Source of the DNA: an uncultured Bdellovibrionales bacterium
GTDB taxonomy: Bacteria > Patescibacteriota > Minisyncoccia > Moranbacterales > UBA9337
DNA: 64,000 bases
Direction: 5' to 3'
Assembly (NCBI GenBank): GCA_964605525.1
Contig: CAZSCV010000001.1
Location: forward strand, 82,424-146,423
Under the pieces are notes generated by a model. The model saw only the letters and a program-made list of their open reading frames with translations, was not told the DNA's origin and searched no databases. The position numbers were made by a program, and so were the translations under genes. Below, piece by piece: positions 36,546 through 46,641 of this stretch. The first letter of the stretch is position 1, and every line of letters starts with the position of its first letter.

Positions 36546-37949
36546 ATGAAAAATTTCAAATTTCAAATTTCAACTGCCTGCTTGAAAATAAGAAATTCCA
36601 GACCCAAGAGCGGATTCACACTTATTGAGGCTTTAGTGGTGCTGTTTATTGTCAGCATTATTTTGGCTACTTTTTATTCGGTTTTTTCTTCGGGAACTCG
36701 GCATATAATTAATTCAAAAAACCGGCTAGGCGCAATTTCTTTGGCTAACCAAAAAATGGAAATTATTCGAAATATTCCATATGCCGATATCGGAACAACT
36801 ACTGGAATTCCCCATGGAATTCTGGATGCGGATTATTGGGAAAATGTTAACACAGTTAATTATCACGTTAAAATTGATGTAAGTTATGTCGACGATTCTT
36901 TTGATAGCACTGTTGATATTTCCGATATTATTCCTACTGACTATAAAGTGGCGCGGGTAACTATTTTGTGGGGAGAAGAATTGGCAAGCCAGCAAGCATA
37001 TCTGGTTTCAAATTTTGTTCCTCCGGGAGTGGAAACAAGCGCCGGAGGGGGAACTTTGCGCGTAAATGTTATTGATACTCCCGCTGTCGGACTTTCAAAT
37101 GTTGCGGTAAATATTTCCAGTGCGGACAATGGAGTGAATATTTCTACTGTTACTGACTCAAGTGGAACGGTTTTGCGCCCGGGAATGCCAGCCGGAGATG
37201 ATTATGTGATAAGTGTTTCTAAGAATGATTATGAAAGTGTTACAACTCTTCCGGTAAGCCCTGATTCAAATTACGATCCAGTGGCAGATCAAAATGCTTT
37301 GGTGATAGAAGGAAGTTTGAATATAAAATCGATTATTATAGATCTTGTGTCTAATATAAAGATTGTAACCAAAGACCCTTTTGGAAATTTAATAGCGGAT
37401 ATTCCTTTCAATTTGAATGGAGGAAGATTGCTAGGCAATAATATTTCAGGCGGATTGCCGGGAGTCTTGGAATATAACTTTAATCAAAATTTAGTTACTG
37501 ATGGAAATGGGGAAGAAAGCATTGATGGCTTGAGCCCCGGAGCGTATATTTTCACGCCCGACGAAAGCATAACAGATTATACTTTTTATGAAATGGATCC
37601 CAATGATGACGTTAATTATAGTAAGTTTATTGTTGATCCTGGCGTTGATTCCGAAGTGAAGGCCATTTTTCTTGATAATTCGTTAGATTCTTTATGCGTT
37701 TCAATTTCAGACCAGAATACCGGGGCTTCAATTGAGGGGGCTGAAGTAAGATTAAAAAATGCTCTGCTCGGATACGAAGTTTCTTTGACTACTGATAAAT
37801 TCGGAAAAGTTTATTTTCCTGAAGACGGAGTTGCACTTGCGAAAGATAATTACGAACTGTCAATCGAGGCAGATGGATTTGATACCAACAATTCAACGGT
37901 GACCATTGACGGATTAGTGCTGTACCCAGTAGAACTTATTCCTCAATAA
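36546..37949 (+). CDS. Large minor pilin with carboxypeptidase-regulatory-like domains
   Basis: G|FTLIE prepilin site; beta-sandwich repeats. Confidence 0.85.
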   Translation: MKNFKFQISTACLKIRNSRPKSGFTLIEALVVLFIVSIILATFYSVFSSGTRHIINSKNRLGAISLANQKMEIIRNIPYADIGTTTGIPHGILDADYWENVNTVNYHVKIDVSYVDDSFDSTVDISDIIPTDYKVARVTILWGEELASQQAYLVSNFVPPGVETSAGGGTLRVNVIDTPAVGLSNVAVNISSADNGVNISTVTDSSGTVLRPGMPAGDDYVISVSKNDYESVTTLPVSPDSNYDPVADQNALVIEGSLNIKSIIIDLVSNIKIVTKDPFGNLIADIPFNLNGGRLLGNNISGGLPGVLEYNFNQNLVTDGNGEESIDGLSPGAYIFTPDESITDYTFYEMDPNDDVNYSKFIVDPGVDSEVKAIFLDNSLDSLCVSISDQNTGASIEGAEVRLKNALLGYEVSLTTDKFGKVYFPEDGVALAKDNYELSIEADGFDTNNSTVTIDGLVLYPVELIPQ

Positions 37950-37979
37950 AGATAATTTTTTGGAAAATGTAGTAAAAAA

Positions 37980-38609
37980 ATGAATTTAAGAAAAAACAAA
38001 TGCGGAATGACACTGATCGAGATGATGATGGCGATCGCAATCTTTTCAATTGGCGTCGAAGGTTTTACGTTGCTTTTTACGCGGGCTTGGAAAAATAACG
38101 CATTCGTTATTGAGTCGGGAGAGGCATCAATGACTGCTTCAAGAGGCGTGCAAAAAACAGTTGATGTTGTCAGGCGGGCAAGGCAGGCGGACAATGGTTC
38201 ATATTCTATTGTTTCTGCTGATGATAATGATTTTGTTTTTTATAGCGATATAGATAAAGATGGAGCGACAGAAAGAGTGCATTATTATAGAGAGGCGAAT
38301 ACCTTAAAAGTCGGAGTTACCGATCCGGCAGGAATTCCTCCCGCATATCCGGATGGCGATCAGAATATACAAATTATTGCTAATTATGTTGCCAATGATG
38401 CTTCCCATCCGATTTTTTCTTATTATGATGAAAATTATCCGGCTGATGAAATTAATAATCCGATGGAAACTCCTGCTTCCGTGAGTGATGTAAGAATGGC
38501 AAAGATACATTTGATGATAAATATTGATCCGGATAATGCTCCCGATTATATAAATATTCAATCATTTGTCGCACTACGAAATCTTAATGAGTATGATCGC
38601 GCGCATTAG
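37980..38609 (+). CDS. Minor pilin (PilW/PulJ-like)
   Basis: G|MTLIE prepilin site. Confidence 0.85.
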   Translation: MNLRKNKCGMTLIEMMMAIAIFSIGVEGFTLLFTRAWKNNAFVIESGEASMTASRGVQKTVDVVRRARQADNGSYSIVSADDNDFVFYSDIDKDGATERVHYYREANTLKVGVTDPAGIPPAYPDGDQNIQIIANYVANDASHPIFSYYDENYPADEINNPMETPASVSDVRMAKIHLMINIDPDNAPDYINIQSFVALRNLNEYDRAH

Positions 38610-38648
38610 TAATAAAAAAGTTTAATTAAAAAATAAAAACATTATCTT

Positions 38649-40154
38649 ATGTTGAAAGGATATTTTAAAAAAGGCAGCGCATTGGTGTATATTTTAATCA
38701 TAATGTCGGCCGTTATGATTATTCTTACATCGATGATTCAGTTTGTAGTGTCCCAGTTGAAATACAGCCAGTATGAGGCAAGTCGCGAGGAATCATTGCA
38801 AATTGCCGAAGCAGGAATATATTTTTACCGCTGGTATCTTGCCCATGAAGTTGAAGGAAAAACAGCTTATCAAGTGGAAGATTTTTGGCAAAATCAAAGC
38901 CCGCTTGGAGTAGATTCTCCATATGAGCAGGATTTTAAAGATCCTCAAGGGGGAGTCATTGGAAGATATTCAATTGAAGTTACTCCTCCTGATCCAAATT
39001 CGACAATTGTAGTTGTGCAATCAACCGGTTGGACGATTAAGAATCCAAATTCAACGAGAACAGTAAGGGTGAGATTTCGGCGTCCATCATGGAGTGAATA
39101 TTTAGTGCTTAGCAACGCGAGTGTTCGATTTGGAGATGGGACGGAAACTTTCGGTTTATTACACTCAAACGGAGGAATAAGATTTGATGGAATTGCGCAT
39201 AATATTGTTTCCAGTTCCCAAGAAACTTATGTTGATCCAGATACCGGAATAACCCGTCCCGGAGTGTGGACGGCATGGACGAATGAATATAATACAAATA
39301 TGGACGGGGATGTTTTTCAGGCGGGAACTGAATTTCCTGTTTCAGAAGAAGATTTCACTGGAGTATCAGCCGATTTGGCTTTAATGAAATCGGCGGCTAA
39401 TTCCGGAATCAATGGAAGTATATATTTCGGTCATTCCGGCAAGGGTCAGCATATAATATTAAAAGATAATGGAACATTTGATTCAAGAACTGTGAGTCAA
39501 TATGATTCATTTACAAATGCAATAAAAACATATGCCAGCGGTTGGTCGACGCATAATATTCCCAATAACGGGGTTATTTTTGTTGAAAATAATGTTTGGC
39601 TTGAAGGGAAAATTGACAACAAAAGAGTGACTGTGGCAGCAGCTGATATTATTGGAGGAGGAGGCGCAAGTGTTTATATTGGCAACGATATTCGATATAC
39701 AAATTATGACGGAAGTGATATTTTGGGAATAATCGGACAGAATGATATTGAAATTATCAAAGATAGTGAAAATGATCTACAGATAGACGGAGCATTGATT
39801 GCTCAAACAGGAAGAGTAGGAAGGGATTATTATTCCGGTTATTACAGAAGTGGAAACGGAGGAGAAAAGGGATGGAAAATTTTAGGCGGAAATACTTACC
39901 AATGGGGAAATAGTGCGGGATGGTATCTTTGCTTATGTGGCGATCTTTCGTGCGTGGATCATAAGGACTCAATAACATTATTTGGAGCAATGGCAACTAA
40001 TGGTCGTTACGGATTTGCTTATACTGATAGCTGTCCGAGAGACTCAGGATATACGGATCGAAATTTAGTATATGACAATAATCTTTTATATTATCCTCCT
40101 CCCTACTTTCCAACCAGTCCGGAGTATTCCCTAGATATGTGGGATGAGCTATAA
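38649..40154 (+). CDS. PilX-like minor pilin
   Basis: KG|SAL hydrophobic N-terminus lacking E5; AEAG motif. Confidence 0.8.
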   Translation: MLKGYFKKGSALVYILIIMSAVMIILTSMIQFVVSQLKYSQYEASREESLQIAEAGIYFYRWYLAHEVEGKTAYQVEDFWQNQSPLGVDSPYEQDFKDPQGGVIGRYSIEVTPPDPNSTIVVVQSTGWTIKNPNSTRTVRVRFRRPSWSEYLVLSNASVRFGDGTETFGLLHSNGGIRFDGIAHNIVSSSQETYVDPDTGITRPGVWTAWTNEYNTNMDGDVFQAGTEFPVSEEDFTGVSADLALMKSAANSGINGSIYFGHSGKGQHIILKDNGTFDSRTVSQYDSFTNAIKTYASGWSTHNIPNNGVIFVENNVWLEGKIDNKRVTVAAADIIGGGGASVYIGNDIRYTNYDGSDILGIIGQNDIEIIKDSENDLQIDGALIAQTGRVGRDYYSGYYRSGNGGEKGWKILGGNTYQWGNSAGWYLCLCGDLSCVDHKDSITLFGAMATNGRYGFAYTDSCPRDSGYTDRNLVYDNNLLYYPPPYFPTSPEYSLDMWDEL

Positions 40155-40257
40155 TAAAAAAGCAGTAAGAATTGTTTTTGAAAATAATATAAAAATAAAA
40201 AATAAATATGGGTTTCCTTCAAGCAAGTTAGAAGGAAAACATGTTTTAATTCAGAAG

Positions 40258-41343
40258 ATGTCTTTTCTAAATAAAAAAATTATTGATTTTTCCGATAATG
40301 CTTTCGGATTGGATTTGAGCGACTTGTCAGTTAAGGTTGTTCAGATGGAAGATTTCGGAAAAGATTTGCGCATACGCAGTTTTGGGAGTGAGAAGATATC
40401 TCTCGGCAGTGTTTCTGATGGAGAAATTATTGATCAGAAAAAAGTTGCAGATGCGATCAGGCGGGCAATAAAAAAATCAGGACCGAAAAAAATAAATACC
40501 AAAAAAGTTATTTGCTCTCTTCCTGAAACGAAAGCTTTTTTGCGTATTATCAATATTCCAAAAATAAATCCGGAAGAAGTAAAAGAGGCTATAAAATGGG
40601 AAATAGAGGCAAATATTCCGGTGGCTTTGGATCAAGTTTACTATGATTGGCAAGCCCTGGAAGAGAAGTTGGGAGTGGATATGGAAAATAAGATGAGTAT
40701 TTTAGTGGTGGCTGTTTCTCGTAAAACAATAAATCAATTCATTGATGTGTTGGAATTGGCCGGATTGGAAGTTATTGGATTGGAAATTGAATCAGTGGCT
40801 CAATCGCGCAGTCTTTTGGGAAAGGAAGAGCAAAAGGACACTATTTTGACCGTTGATTTGGGGGATAGACGAACGAGTATTTCAATAGCTTACAAGGGAG
40901 TGCCATGTTTTACTTCAAGTAATCCGGTTTCTGGTCAGTCGCTTTCCGGAGTTATTGCAAAAAGCCTGAATGTTTCTTTTGATGAGGCGGAAAAAATAAA
41001 AATCGCCAAAGGGATCGGATCTTTTGTGAAAGAAGACGCAATATTTTTAGCTGTTAAGCCTGTGATTGAAAATCTGATTTCTGAAATTGAAAAATCCTTT
41101 GATTTCTATCTTGCCGGATTGAAATATTCAAAAAGCATAGACCGGGTGATTATTTGCGGAGGAGGAGCCAATACCCGGGGACTAGTTCCATATTTGTCAA
41201 AAAGACTGGGCATGGAAGTGAAGATTGGAAGTCCATGGATTGCGGCAGAATTAAAAACCAAACTTCCCATAATAAATAAAGAAGAGTCAGTCCATTATAC
41301 TACTGCAATAGGCTTGGCTCTTACAAATTATATTACTCATTAA
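40258..41343 (+). CDS. pilM: Type IV pilus protein PilM
   Basis: FGLDLSD, VDLG, CGGGA, TAIGLAL actin-like motifs. Confidence 0.9.
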   Translation: MSFLNKKIIDFSDNAFGLDLSDLSVKVVQMEDFGKDLRIRSFGSEKISLGSVSDGEIIDQKKVADAIRRAIKKSGPKKINTKKVICSLPETKAFLRIINIPKINPEEVKEAIKWEIEANIPVALDQVYYDWQALEEKLGVDMENKMSILVVAVSRKTINQFIDVLELAGLEVIGLEIESVAQSRSLLGKEEQKDTILTVDLGDRRTSISIAYKGVPCFTSSNPVSGQSLSGVIAKSLNVSFDEAEKIKIAKGIGSFVKEDAIFLAVKPVIENLISEIEKSFDFYLAGLKYSKSIDRVIICGGGANTRGLVPYLSKRLGMEVKIGSPWIAAELKTKLPIINKEESVHYTTAIGLALTNYITH

Positions 41344-41347
41344 GAAA

Positions 41348-41905
41348 ATGAATATTCACTTGAATCTCCTTCCGGAGGAAAGAAAAAGAGGATTGAAAAG
41401 AAAAAAAATTTCTTGGTTGATTATACGCCAAGAATTGCTTGTGTTTTTTTCCGTGGCTGTCTTTTTGATAATTTTGTTTTGCATTAATTTTATTTTGGAT
41501 TTGCAAGGGAAATCGCTGGAGAGTGAATATGCGGAAGAAGCGCTAAACGGAGAGTATAAAGAAATCGGAAAATATGAAAAAATTTTTGAAGATGAGAATC
41601 GTGAAATAGCGCTCTTATATTCGGTGCAAAAAAATCATTTTGATTGGACAAATGTTTTAACGCGTTTAAGTGAAAATGTTATTAATGATGTCAAGTTGAA
41701 GGGTATTGTTTCTGATGATTCCAGGTTTAGTATTTCCGGAATAGCGAATGATCGAGATACTCTTTTGAGGTTTAAGAGCCAAATTGAAAATTCCCAATGT
41801 TTTTCCGAAATGGAGATTCCTCTTTCTGATATTGTTTCGAAAAAAAATATCAATTTTGAGGCAGAATTAAAAATTGAGGAAGAATGCATTAAGACAAAAA
41901 AATAA
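41348..41905 (+). CDS. pilN: PilN-like protein
   Basis: LNLLP N-terminal motif, TM helix, follows pilM. Confidence 0.8.
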   Translation: MNIHLNLLPEERKRGLKRKKISWLIIRQELLVFFSVAVFLIILFCINFILDLQGKSLESEYAEEALNGEYKEIGKYEKIFEDENREIALLYSVQKNHFDWTNVLTRLSENVINDVKLKGIVSDDSRFSISGIANDRDTLLRFKSQIENSQCFSEMEIPLSDIVSKKNINFEAELKIEEECIKTKK

Positions 41906-42580
41906 ATGAATAAATTTTGGAAAAACAATAAGCAGAATATTTTTATTTTCGGATTGCCGTTAGTTATGGCGGTTTTTGTGTTTTTTTTGATAATTCCCCA
42001 AATGAAGAAGATTAATCAGAAGATAGAAGAGAATCAGAAAATAATTGCGGATCATGAATCCAAAGAAAAGAAAATTTCTGAAATTGAAACAATGAGGAAA
42101 CAATACGCGCTAATTAATGAGAATGAAAAAAACATTGGAATGATTTTTTCAGCGGATAAAATTGTGGAGGTTATTGAAAAAATTGAAAAAATTGCGCAAG
42201 AAACAAACAATGAGATTGTGATTGAAATTGATGATAAGAAAAACAATGCATCTGTAAAAAAAACAGAAAAAGAGGAGGATGCTAAAGTTTTGCAACCGGC
42301 ACTGGAAAACTATATTACCATACAGATAAAATTGACCGGAAGCTATCGAAATTTGGTTAATTTTGTGAATAAGGTGGAAAACTTTGATTATTACGCTGAT
42401 ATTTTTTCGATTCAGGCAACAACCGACGAACCGTCTAATGCTGTCCAGATTAATTCCAGAATTAATCCTTTTGTTGGCGGAGAAGCGAATAAAGAACAAT
42501 TGGAGGAAAAGAAAATAACAAATGACCAAGGGGAGAGAATCATATATTCCAGTCTGGAATTAGTTCTTTATGAAAACTAA
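41906..42580 (+). CDS. pilO: PilO-like protein
   Basis: TM + coiled coil + GSY.NL..F...EN; follows pilN. Confidence 0.7.
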   Translation: MNKFWKNNKQNIFIFGLPLVMAVFVFFLIIPQMKKINQKIEENQKIIADHESKEKKISEIETMRKQYALINENEKNIGMIFSADKIVEVIEKIEKIAQETNNEIVIEIDDKKNNASVKKTEKEEDAKVLQPALENYITIQIKLTGSYRNLVNFVNKVENFDYYADIFSIQATTDEPSNAVQINSRINPFVGGEANKEQLEEKKITNDQGERIIYSSLELVLYEN

Positions 42581-42594
42581 AAAGTAGAAAAAAT

Positions 42595-42936
42595 ATGAAT
42601 ATTTCAGAACAAATTAAGAAGATTGATTTAAAAAAAGCATTCAGCAAGGTTTTTTCAATGTGGATGAAATATAACAATTTTATTTTTGTTATTTTTTTTG
42701 TTTCTCTTTCTGCTTACGGAATTTTTCTTATGTACCAATCATTGTATAATTCAAATTGGGATGAAAATCAGAAAAACAGCTATATTGCATCTCAGCAGAA
42801 AAACGTTCAGTTTAAAGAAGATAAGTTTTTAGAAGTTGTCGGTGAAATGAAGAGGAGATACGAGGAATATAATAAAGAATACAGGATAAATAATGATATT
42901 TTTGTCCATGATCAAATTGATGCAGAGAAAAAATAA
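42595..42936 (+). CDS. Membrane-anchored hypothetical protein ending the pil operon
   Basis: One TM helix; co-oriented. Confidence 0.7.
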   Translation: MNISEQIKKIDLKKAFSKVFSMWMKYNNFIFVIFFVSLSAYGIFLMYQSLYNSNWDENQKNSYIASQQKNVQFKEDKFLEVVGEMKRRYEEYNKEYRINNDIFVHDQIDAEKK

Positions 42937-42962
42937 AAAAGGAAGTAACAGCATTAGATAAC

Positions 42963-42990
42963 AAAAAAACTTCACTAGTGAAGTTTTTTT
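42963..42990. terminator. Bidirectional terminator
   Basis: AAAAAAACTTCAC-TA-GTGAAGTTTTTTT. Confidence 0.7.
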
Positions 42991-42999
42991 GTTATCTTG

Positions 43000-43071
43000 T
43001 GCCCTTGCCAGGACTCGAACCTGGAATGCTTGGTCCGAAGCCAAGCGTGATATCCATTTCACCACAAGGGC
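43000..43071 (-). tRNA. tRNA-Arg(TCG)
   Basis: Anticodon arm CTTGG-CTTCGGA-CCAAG; complete cloverleaf. Confidence 0.93.
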
Positions 43072-43086
43072 ATTTTTTCTGCTATG

Positions 43087-43158
43087 GGCGAGTAGAGGGA
43101 ATCGGACCCTCGTACCTGGTACCACAAACCAGTGTTCTACCATTGAACTATACCCGCC
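43087..43158 (-). tRNA. tRNA-His(GTG)
   Basis: CTGGT-TTGTGGT-ACCAG; encoded G-1 and C73. Confidence 0.93.
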
Positions 43159-43177
43159 ATCATCCACGCTATGCGTG

Positions 43178-43292
43178 TAATTTCTAATTTTAAATTTCTA
43201 ATTTTTAAACAATTTTCAATTAATTTTAAATTTTAAAAATTTTATAATTTAAGTATTGTTTGAAAATTGATAATTATAAATTGAAAATTAAT
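43178..43292. repeat. AT-rich heptamer-based inverted-repeat element
   Basis: AATTTCT/AATTTTA heptamers..AAACAATTTTCAAT mirrored by TTGTTTGAAAATTG..AAATTGAAAATT. Confidence 0.65.
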
Positions 43293-43296
43293 TCCG

Positions 43297-43368
43297 TACC
43301 CTCGCCAGGAATCGAACCTAGATAACCAGCTTAGAAGGCTGGTGTTCTATCCATTGAACTACGAGGGC
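43297..43368 (-). tRNA. tRNA-Arg(TCT)
   Basis: CCAGC-CTTCTAA-GCTGG. Confidence 0.93.
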
Positions 43369-43371
43369 ATC

Positions 43372-43423
43372 TGTGCGTCGTGGGGGAATCCCAGTCTGCT
43401 GGTCCGCCTGTGGTGGAGAACCT
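43372..43423 (-). pseudogene. Duplicated 3' end of tRNA-Lys with 27-bp twin-hairpin insert in the T-loop
   Basis: TGTGCGTCGTGGGGGAATC identical to the tRNA end; insert 43391-43417; then GAACC. Confidence 0.85.
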
Positions 43424-43426
43424 TTG

Positions 43427-43499
43427 TGCGTCGTGGGGGAATCGAACCCTCGACCATTGGCTTAAGAGGCCACTGCTCTACCGACTGAGCTAACGACGC
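43427..43499 (-). tRNA. tRNA-Lys(CTT)
   Basis: Acceptor GCGTCGT/ACGACGC; anticodon loop CTCTTAA. Confidence 0.93.
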
Positions 43500-43500
43500 A

Positions 43501-43699
43501 TACTTTCTTTGTGTGTTTTTCGATTATATTTTGCGAGCTGTTCTACCGAGTGCCTGTCCGCCTATGGAGGAAGCTAACGACGCATCCTTTCTTTGTGTGT
43601 TTTTCGATTATATTTTGCGAGCTGTTCTACCGAGTGCCTGTCCGCCTATGGAGGAAGCTAACGACGCATACTTTCTTTGTGTGTTTTTCGATTATTTTT
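43501..43699. repeat. 84-bp tandem repeat (~2.4 copies) containing the tRNA-Lys 5' end interrupted by a 19-bp hairpin
   Basis: Units 43501-43584 and 43585-43668; insert CCTGTCCGCCTATGGAGGA in the D-stem. Confidence 0.9.
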
Positions 43700-43755
43700 A
43701 GTCCAGTACAACACTAAAGATGTTAGCAAAAACAAGGCAATTAGTCAATTAAAAT

Positions 43756-45012
43756 CTAGAGCCCATTTGTTTTTTTGTATTCATCCCATTGTTTTTTTGA
43801 CCAATCATCCGGCTTTTTTGTGATTTTTGTTTCTTGCCCGGGATGAGGGTATTTGTCCGGAGAATCATAGCTACTGCGAAAAATTTCATCCAGGATGATT
43901 TCTCCTTTTTCGGCAATAACTTTTTGAGTGAAATATGTTTTCATGGATCCGTCCGGGTTTTTTTCAGTAATGTGAGGTCCATCCACTTCAACGATTCTCT
44001 TATCATCAGTTCCATAAAACTGAAAAGTCAATTCAGTTCCTTCGATTCTTGTTTGAATTAAAATGTTTCCAGGAGTGTTATTGATAAAACGCAAGTCAGG
44101 GCGGGGAATATAAATAGTTGAGTCCATTCCTTGCGGGTTGTAATAAGAAACTGGATAAGCATGGTTGCGGCGCGCGGTTATTTCTAGTCCGCTGTAAATG
44201 GCGGCGCGGAAAGCAGTAGTTGAAACTTGGCAAATTCCCCCTCCGAATTCTGGTTCCGTTCTGTCATTTTTTATTACCAATTCAGGTAAATATCCATGCT
44301 CCCCGTCGACTTCTCCTAAAAGCTTAACAAAGGAAAATTCTTCTTCGGGAGCGATTATTATTCCGTCAAATTGATTTGTGGCAACTTTGATATTGTGAAT
44401 TCGATTAGTGGGAGATCCTCGAAAATTTGATTTTCCTTCCCCGATAAGCTTGTTTATACCAAGTTTTGATATCCCATCCTCCCTTATTTTTGGTTCCACT
44501 TTAATAGAAGGTAAGGATATAACTGCTGGAATATTTTTTTCGGATAACTTAGCGGAAAGTATTTGAATGCTTTTTGGAATGTCGAGTTTGAGACCATTTT
44601 TACTTGATTCTAATGTAGCGACTTCTCCGTCTTCAATTTTTAATTTTGCATTTATCGGGTTTTTGTCTGTTTTTTGAGCGAGGGTGGCCAAAAAAGACTC
44701 GATTTTTTCTTGGTCTATAGATTGGGAACTTATTTTTTTAGAGGTATATTTTTGGCGTATATCTTGGGAAAAGGAACAAAAAAAATCTTCCCAATGGCAA
44801 AAATTTATATTCTCGATTTCTGATCGATAGTTTTTTTCGTTCGTCAGTTCGGTGGATATTTTTATCCATTGGGAAAATTCACTACGGGATATTTTTTCCT
44901 CCGTGTCGTTTATTTTGAATATAATTTTATCAGTTTCAGCTTGTGCAAAAACTCCGCATAAAGGAGCGCCAAGTAAGAAAATAAAAATACAACTTTTTAT
45001 GATTTTATCCAT
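43756..45012 (-). CDS. VanW-family protein with PG-binding-4 domain
   Basis: NRIHNI, GGGICQVSTT, RRNH, DLRFINNT. Confidence 0.9.
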   Translation of the reverse strand: MDKIIKSCIFIFLLGAPLCGVFAQAETDKIIFKINDTEEKISRSEFSQWIKISTELTNEKNYRSEIENINFCHWEDFFCSFSQDIRQKYTSKKISSQSIDQEKIESFLATLAQKTDKNPINAKLKIEDGEVATLESSKNGLKLDIPKSIQILSAKLSEKNIPAVISLPSIKVEPKIREDGISKLGINKLIGEGKSNFRGSPTNRIHNIKVATNQFDGIIIAPEEEFSFVKLLGEVDGEHGYLPELVIKNDRTEPEFGGGICQVSTTAFRAAIYSGLEITARRNHAYPVSYYNPQGMDSTIYIPRPDLRFINNTPGNILIQTRIEGTELTFQFYGTDDKRIVEVDGPHITEKNPDGSMKTYFTQKVIAEKGEIILDEIFRSSYDSPDKYPHPGQETKITKKPDDWSKKQWDEYKKTNGL

Positions 45013-45131
45013 ATTATATAGAATAGGTTAAAACCCTTTTTTTAACAAGAAGAATTCCTCATGCAAGAAAAAATACCATTTTTGATGTGGTATTTTTTCT
45101 TGTATATTGCAAGCGGTTTATTTCTTTTATC

Positions 45132-45674
45132 TTAAAACCCGCGAACTTGGATTTTTTTTATTTGGTTAGTGGCTGCTTTTGGCAATTTTATTGTTAATAT
45201 TCCATTTTTTAAAGAAGCTTCGGATTTGTCAGGCAAAACGTCAACCGGAAGAACGACGGATCGGGAAAATGAACCCCAGTAGCACTCTTGATAATAATAG
45301 TTTTCTTCGGTAATTTCTTCTTCAGTTTTTCTCTCTCCTTTGATAGTCACCATATCATTGTTAATGGAAACTTCAAGGTCTTCCGGTTTTACTCCGGCGA
45401 TGGTGGATTTTATTACGATGTCAGAGTCGGTTTGATAAACATCAATAGTGAGTTGTCCTTCTCCGTCATTATTTCCGCTGTCTTCGTCGGCCGTCGCCCA
45501 TGATTCTTCTTCTTGGCGGATAGCTGGACGAAAAGGGTTGCTGCGCGGCATTGTAATTTCCGTTTCTTCTTCATCCTCAGTGAAAACGTTCATAGTGTCC
45601 ATTCTTTCGTTTTCATCTTCTATTCTCTTTGATCCGGTTAATCTTTCCAAAAATGATTTTTTTTCTTTAGTCAT
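45132..45674 (-). CDS. Hsp20 / alpha-crystallin small heat-shock protein
   Basis: IDVYQT..AGVKPEDL..GSFSRSVVLP..LKNGILTI.LPK. Confidence 0.92.
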   Translation of the reverse strand: MTKEKKSFLERLTGSKRIEDENERMDTMNVFTEDEEETEITMPRSNPFRPAIRQEEESWATADEDSGNNDGEGQLTIDVYQTDSDIVIKSTIAGVKPEDLEVSINNDMVTIKGERKTEEEITEENYYYQECYWGSFSRSVVLPVDVLPDKSEASLKNGILTIKLPKAATNQIKKIQVRGF

Positions 45675-45751
45675 ATGTTTTTGATTTTAGGTGTTAAATT
45701 TAAGTTATTTTTACTATCGATTTCTTCCTTTGTATTATAATTTGAAAAAAC

Positions 45752-46327
45752 CTATGACGCAAGCTTGCTTTTTATTGTGGATAAATTCCAGGCTGTAATC
45801 AGCACAAGAACTGCAAAAAATGAAAACAGATACAATGGAAAGACTTTTTCCGAATTTAAGATGAGAAAGTTATATAATGAGTGAATTGTGATGGTAAAAA
45901 TAAGAGGTTTGATGGTATATCTTTTTTTTTGAGCGAGGTAGTAGGCGATAATTCCAAAGGTGGTTATATGGAGTAAGGTTATTTGTATCATAATAGAAAG
46001 AGAGATATGAGTTGAAATTGTTGTAGTTATTTTCTGCCATATAAGAAAAAGTTCCAAAGCGGAAAATCCAATTCCGGCAATGAGGGAATGGATAATAGTT
46101 AATCTTCCGAAAGAGTAGGATTCTATTTTTCTGGAAACGATGAGGAATTTTATTGTCTCTTCAATGGCGACAAAAAGAACAATAAAAAGAGAAAATTTTT
46201 CAAATAGAGAGAAAGCGATGCTTTTTTCGATGGATAATATTTCAAGAATTATTCGTACAATCATTTCCAAAACAAGAGCCAAAGCGGCTGCAAAAATTCC
46301 CCAAAAAAAAGATTGAATTATTTTCAT
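45752..46327 (-). CDS. PrsW-family intramembrane metalloprotease
   Basis: EETIK, GIGFSALE, LLH and IHSLYN motifs; multiple TM. Confidence 0.82.
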   Translation of the reverse strand: MKIIQSFFWGIFAAALALVLEMIVRIILEILSIEKSIAFSLFEKFSLFIVLFVAIEETIKFLIVSRKIESYSFGRLTIIHSLIAGIGFSALELFLIWQKITTTISTHISLSIMIQITLLHITTFGIIAYYLAQKKRYTIKPLIFTITIHSLYNFLILNSEKVFPLYLFSFFAVLVLITAWNLSTIKSKLAS

Positions 46328-46472
46328 AATATAATTTTAAAATTTAAATAAAAAGTAGCTCACTTTTGGAAAATTTATTCTGGGCTATTATTTATTGAAT
46401 AAGTGAAAATAGGTGTATAGAATAGGGTGTTTTGAAAGATTTTATATCAGATAATACTGACAATTTTTCATC

Positions 46473-46617
46473 GGATAAAACAATAAAATATTTTTCTTCC
46501 AAGTGTCCCTTTTGGATTTGTTGGAGGTATATTTTAAGCTCTTGGTTGATTCGTATAAGAAGAATTTATCCTGACTGCGCAAAGACAGTGTAAGAAAAAT
46601 ATTTTATTGTTTTATCC
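46473..46617. repeat. MITE-like long inverted-repeat element, copy 1
   Basis: AATAAAATATTTTTCTT..AAGAAAAATATTTTATT arms; internal AAGTGTCCCTTTT and CAAAGACAGTG shared with 57308-57462. Confidence 0.8.
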
Positions 46618-46641
46618 TTGGTACAATCTTTGGAGTATTAT

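Noticed and set aside
43501-43699. Possible CRISPR array
   Set aside because: Units are near-identical along their whole 84 bp with no unique spacers, derive from the tRNA-Lys 5' end, and no cas genes are present
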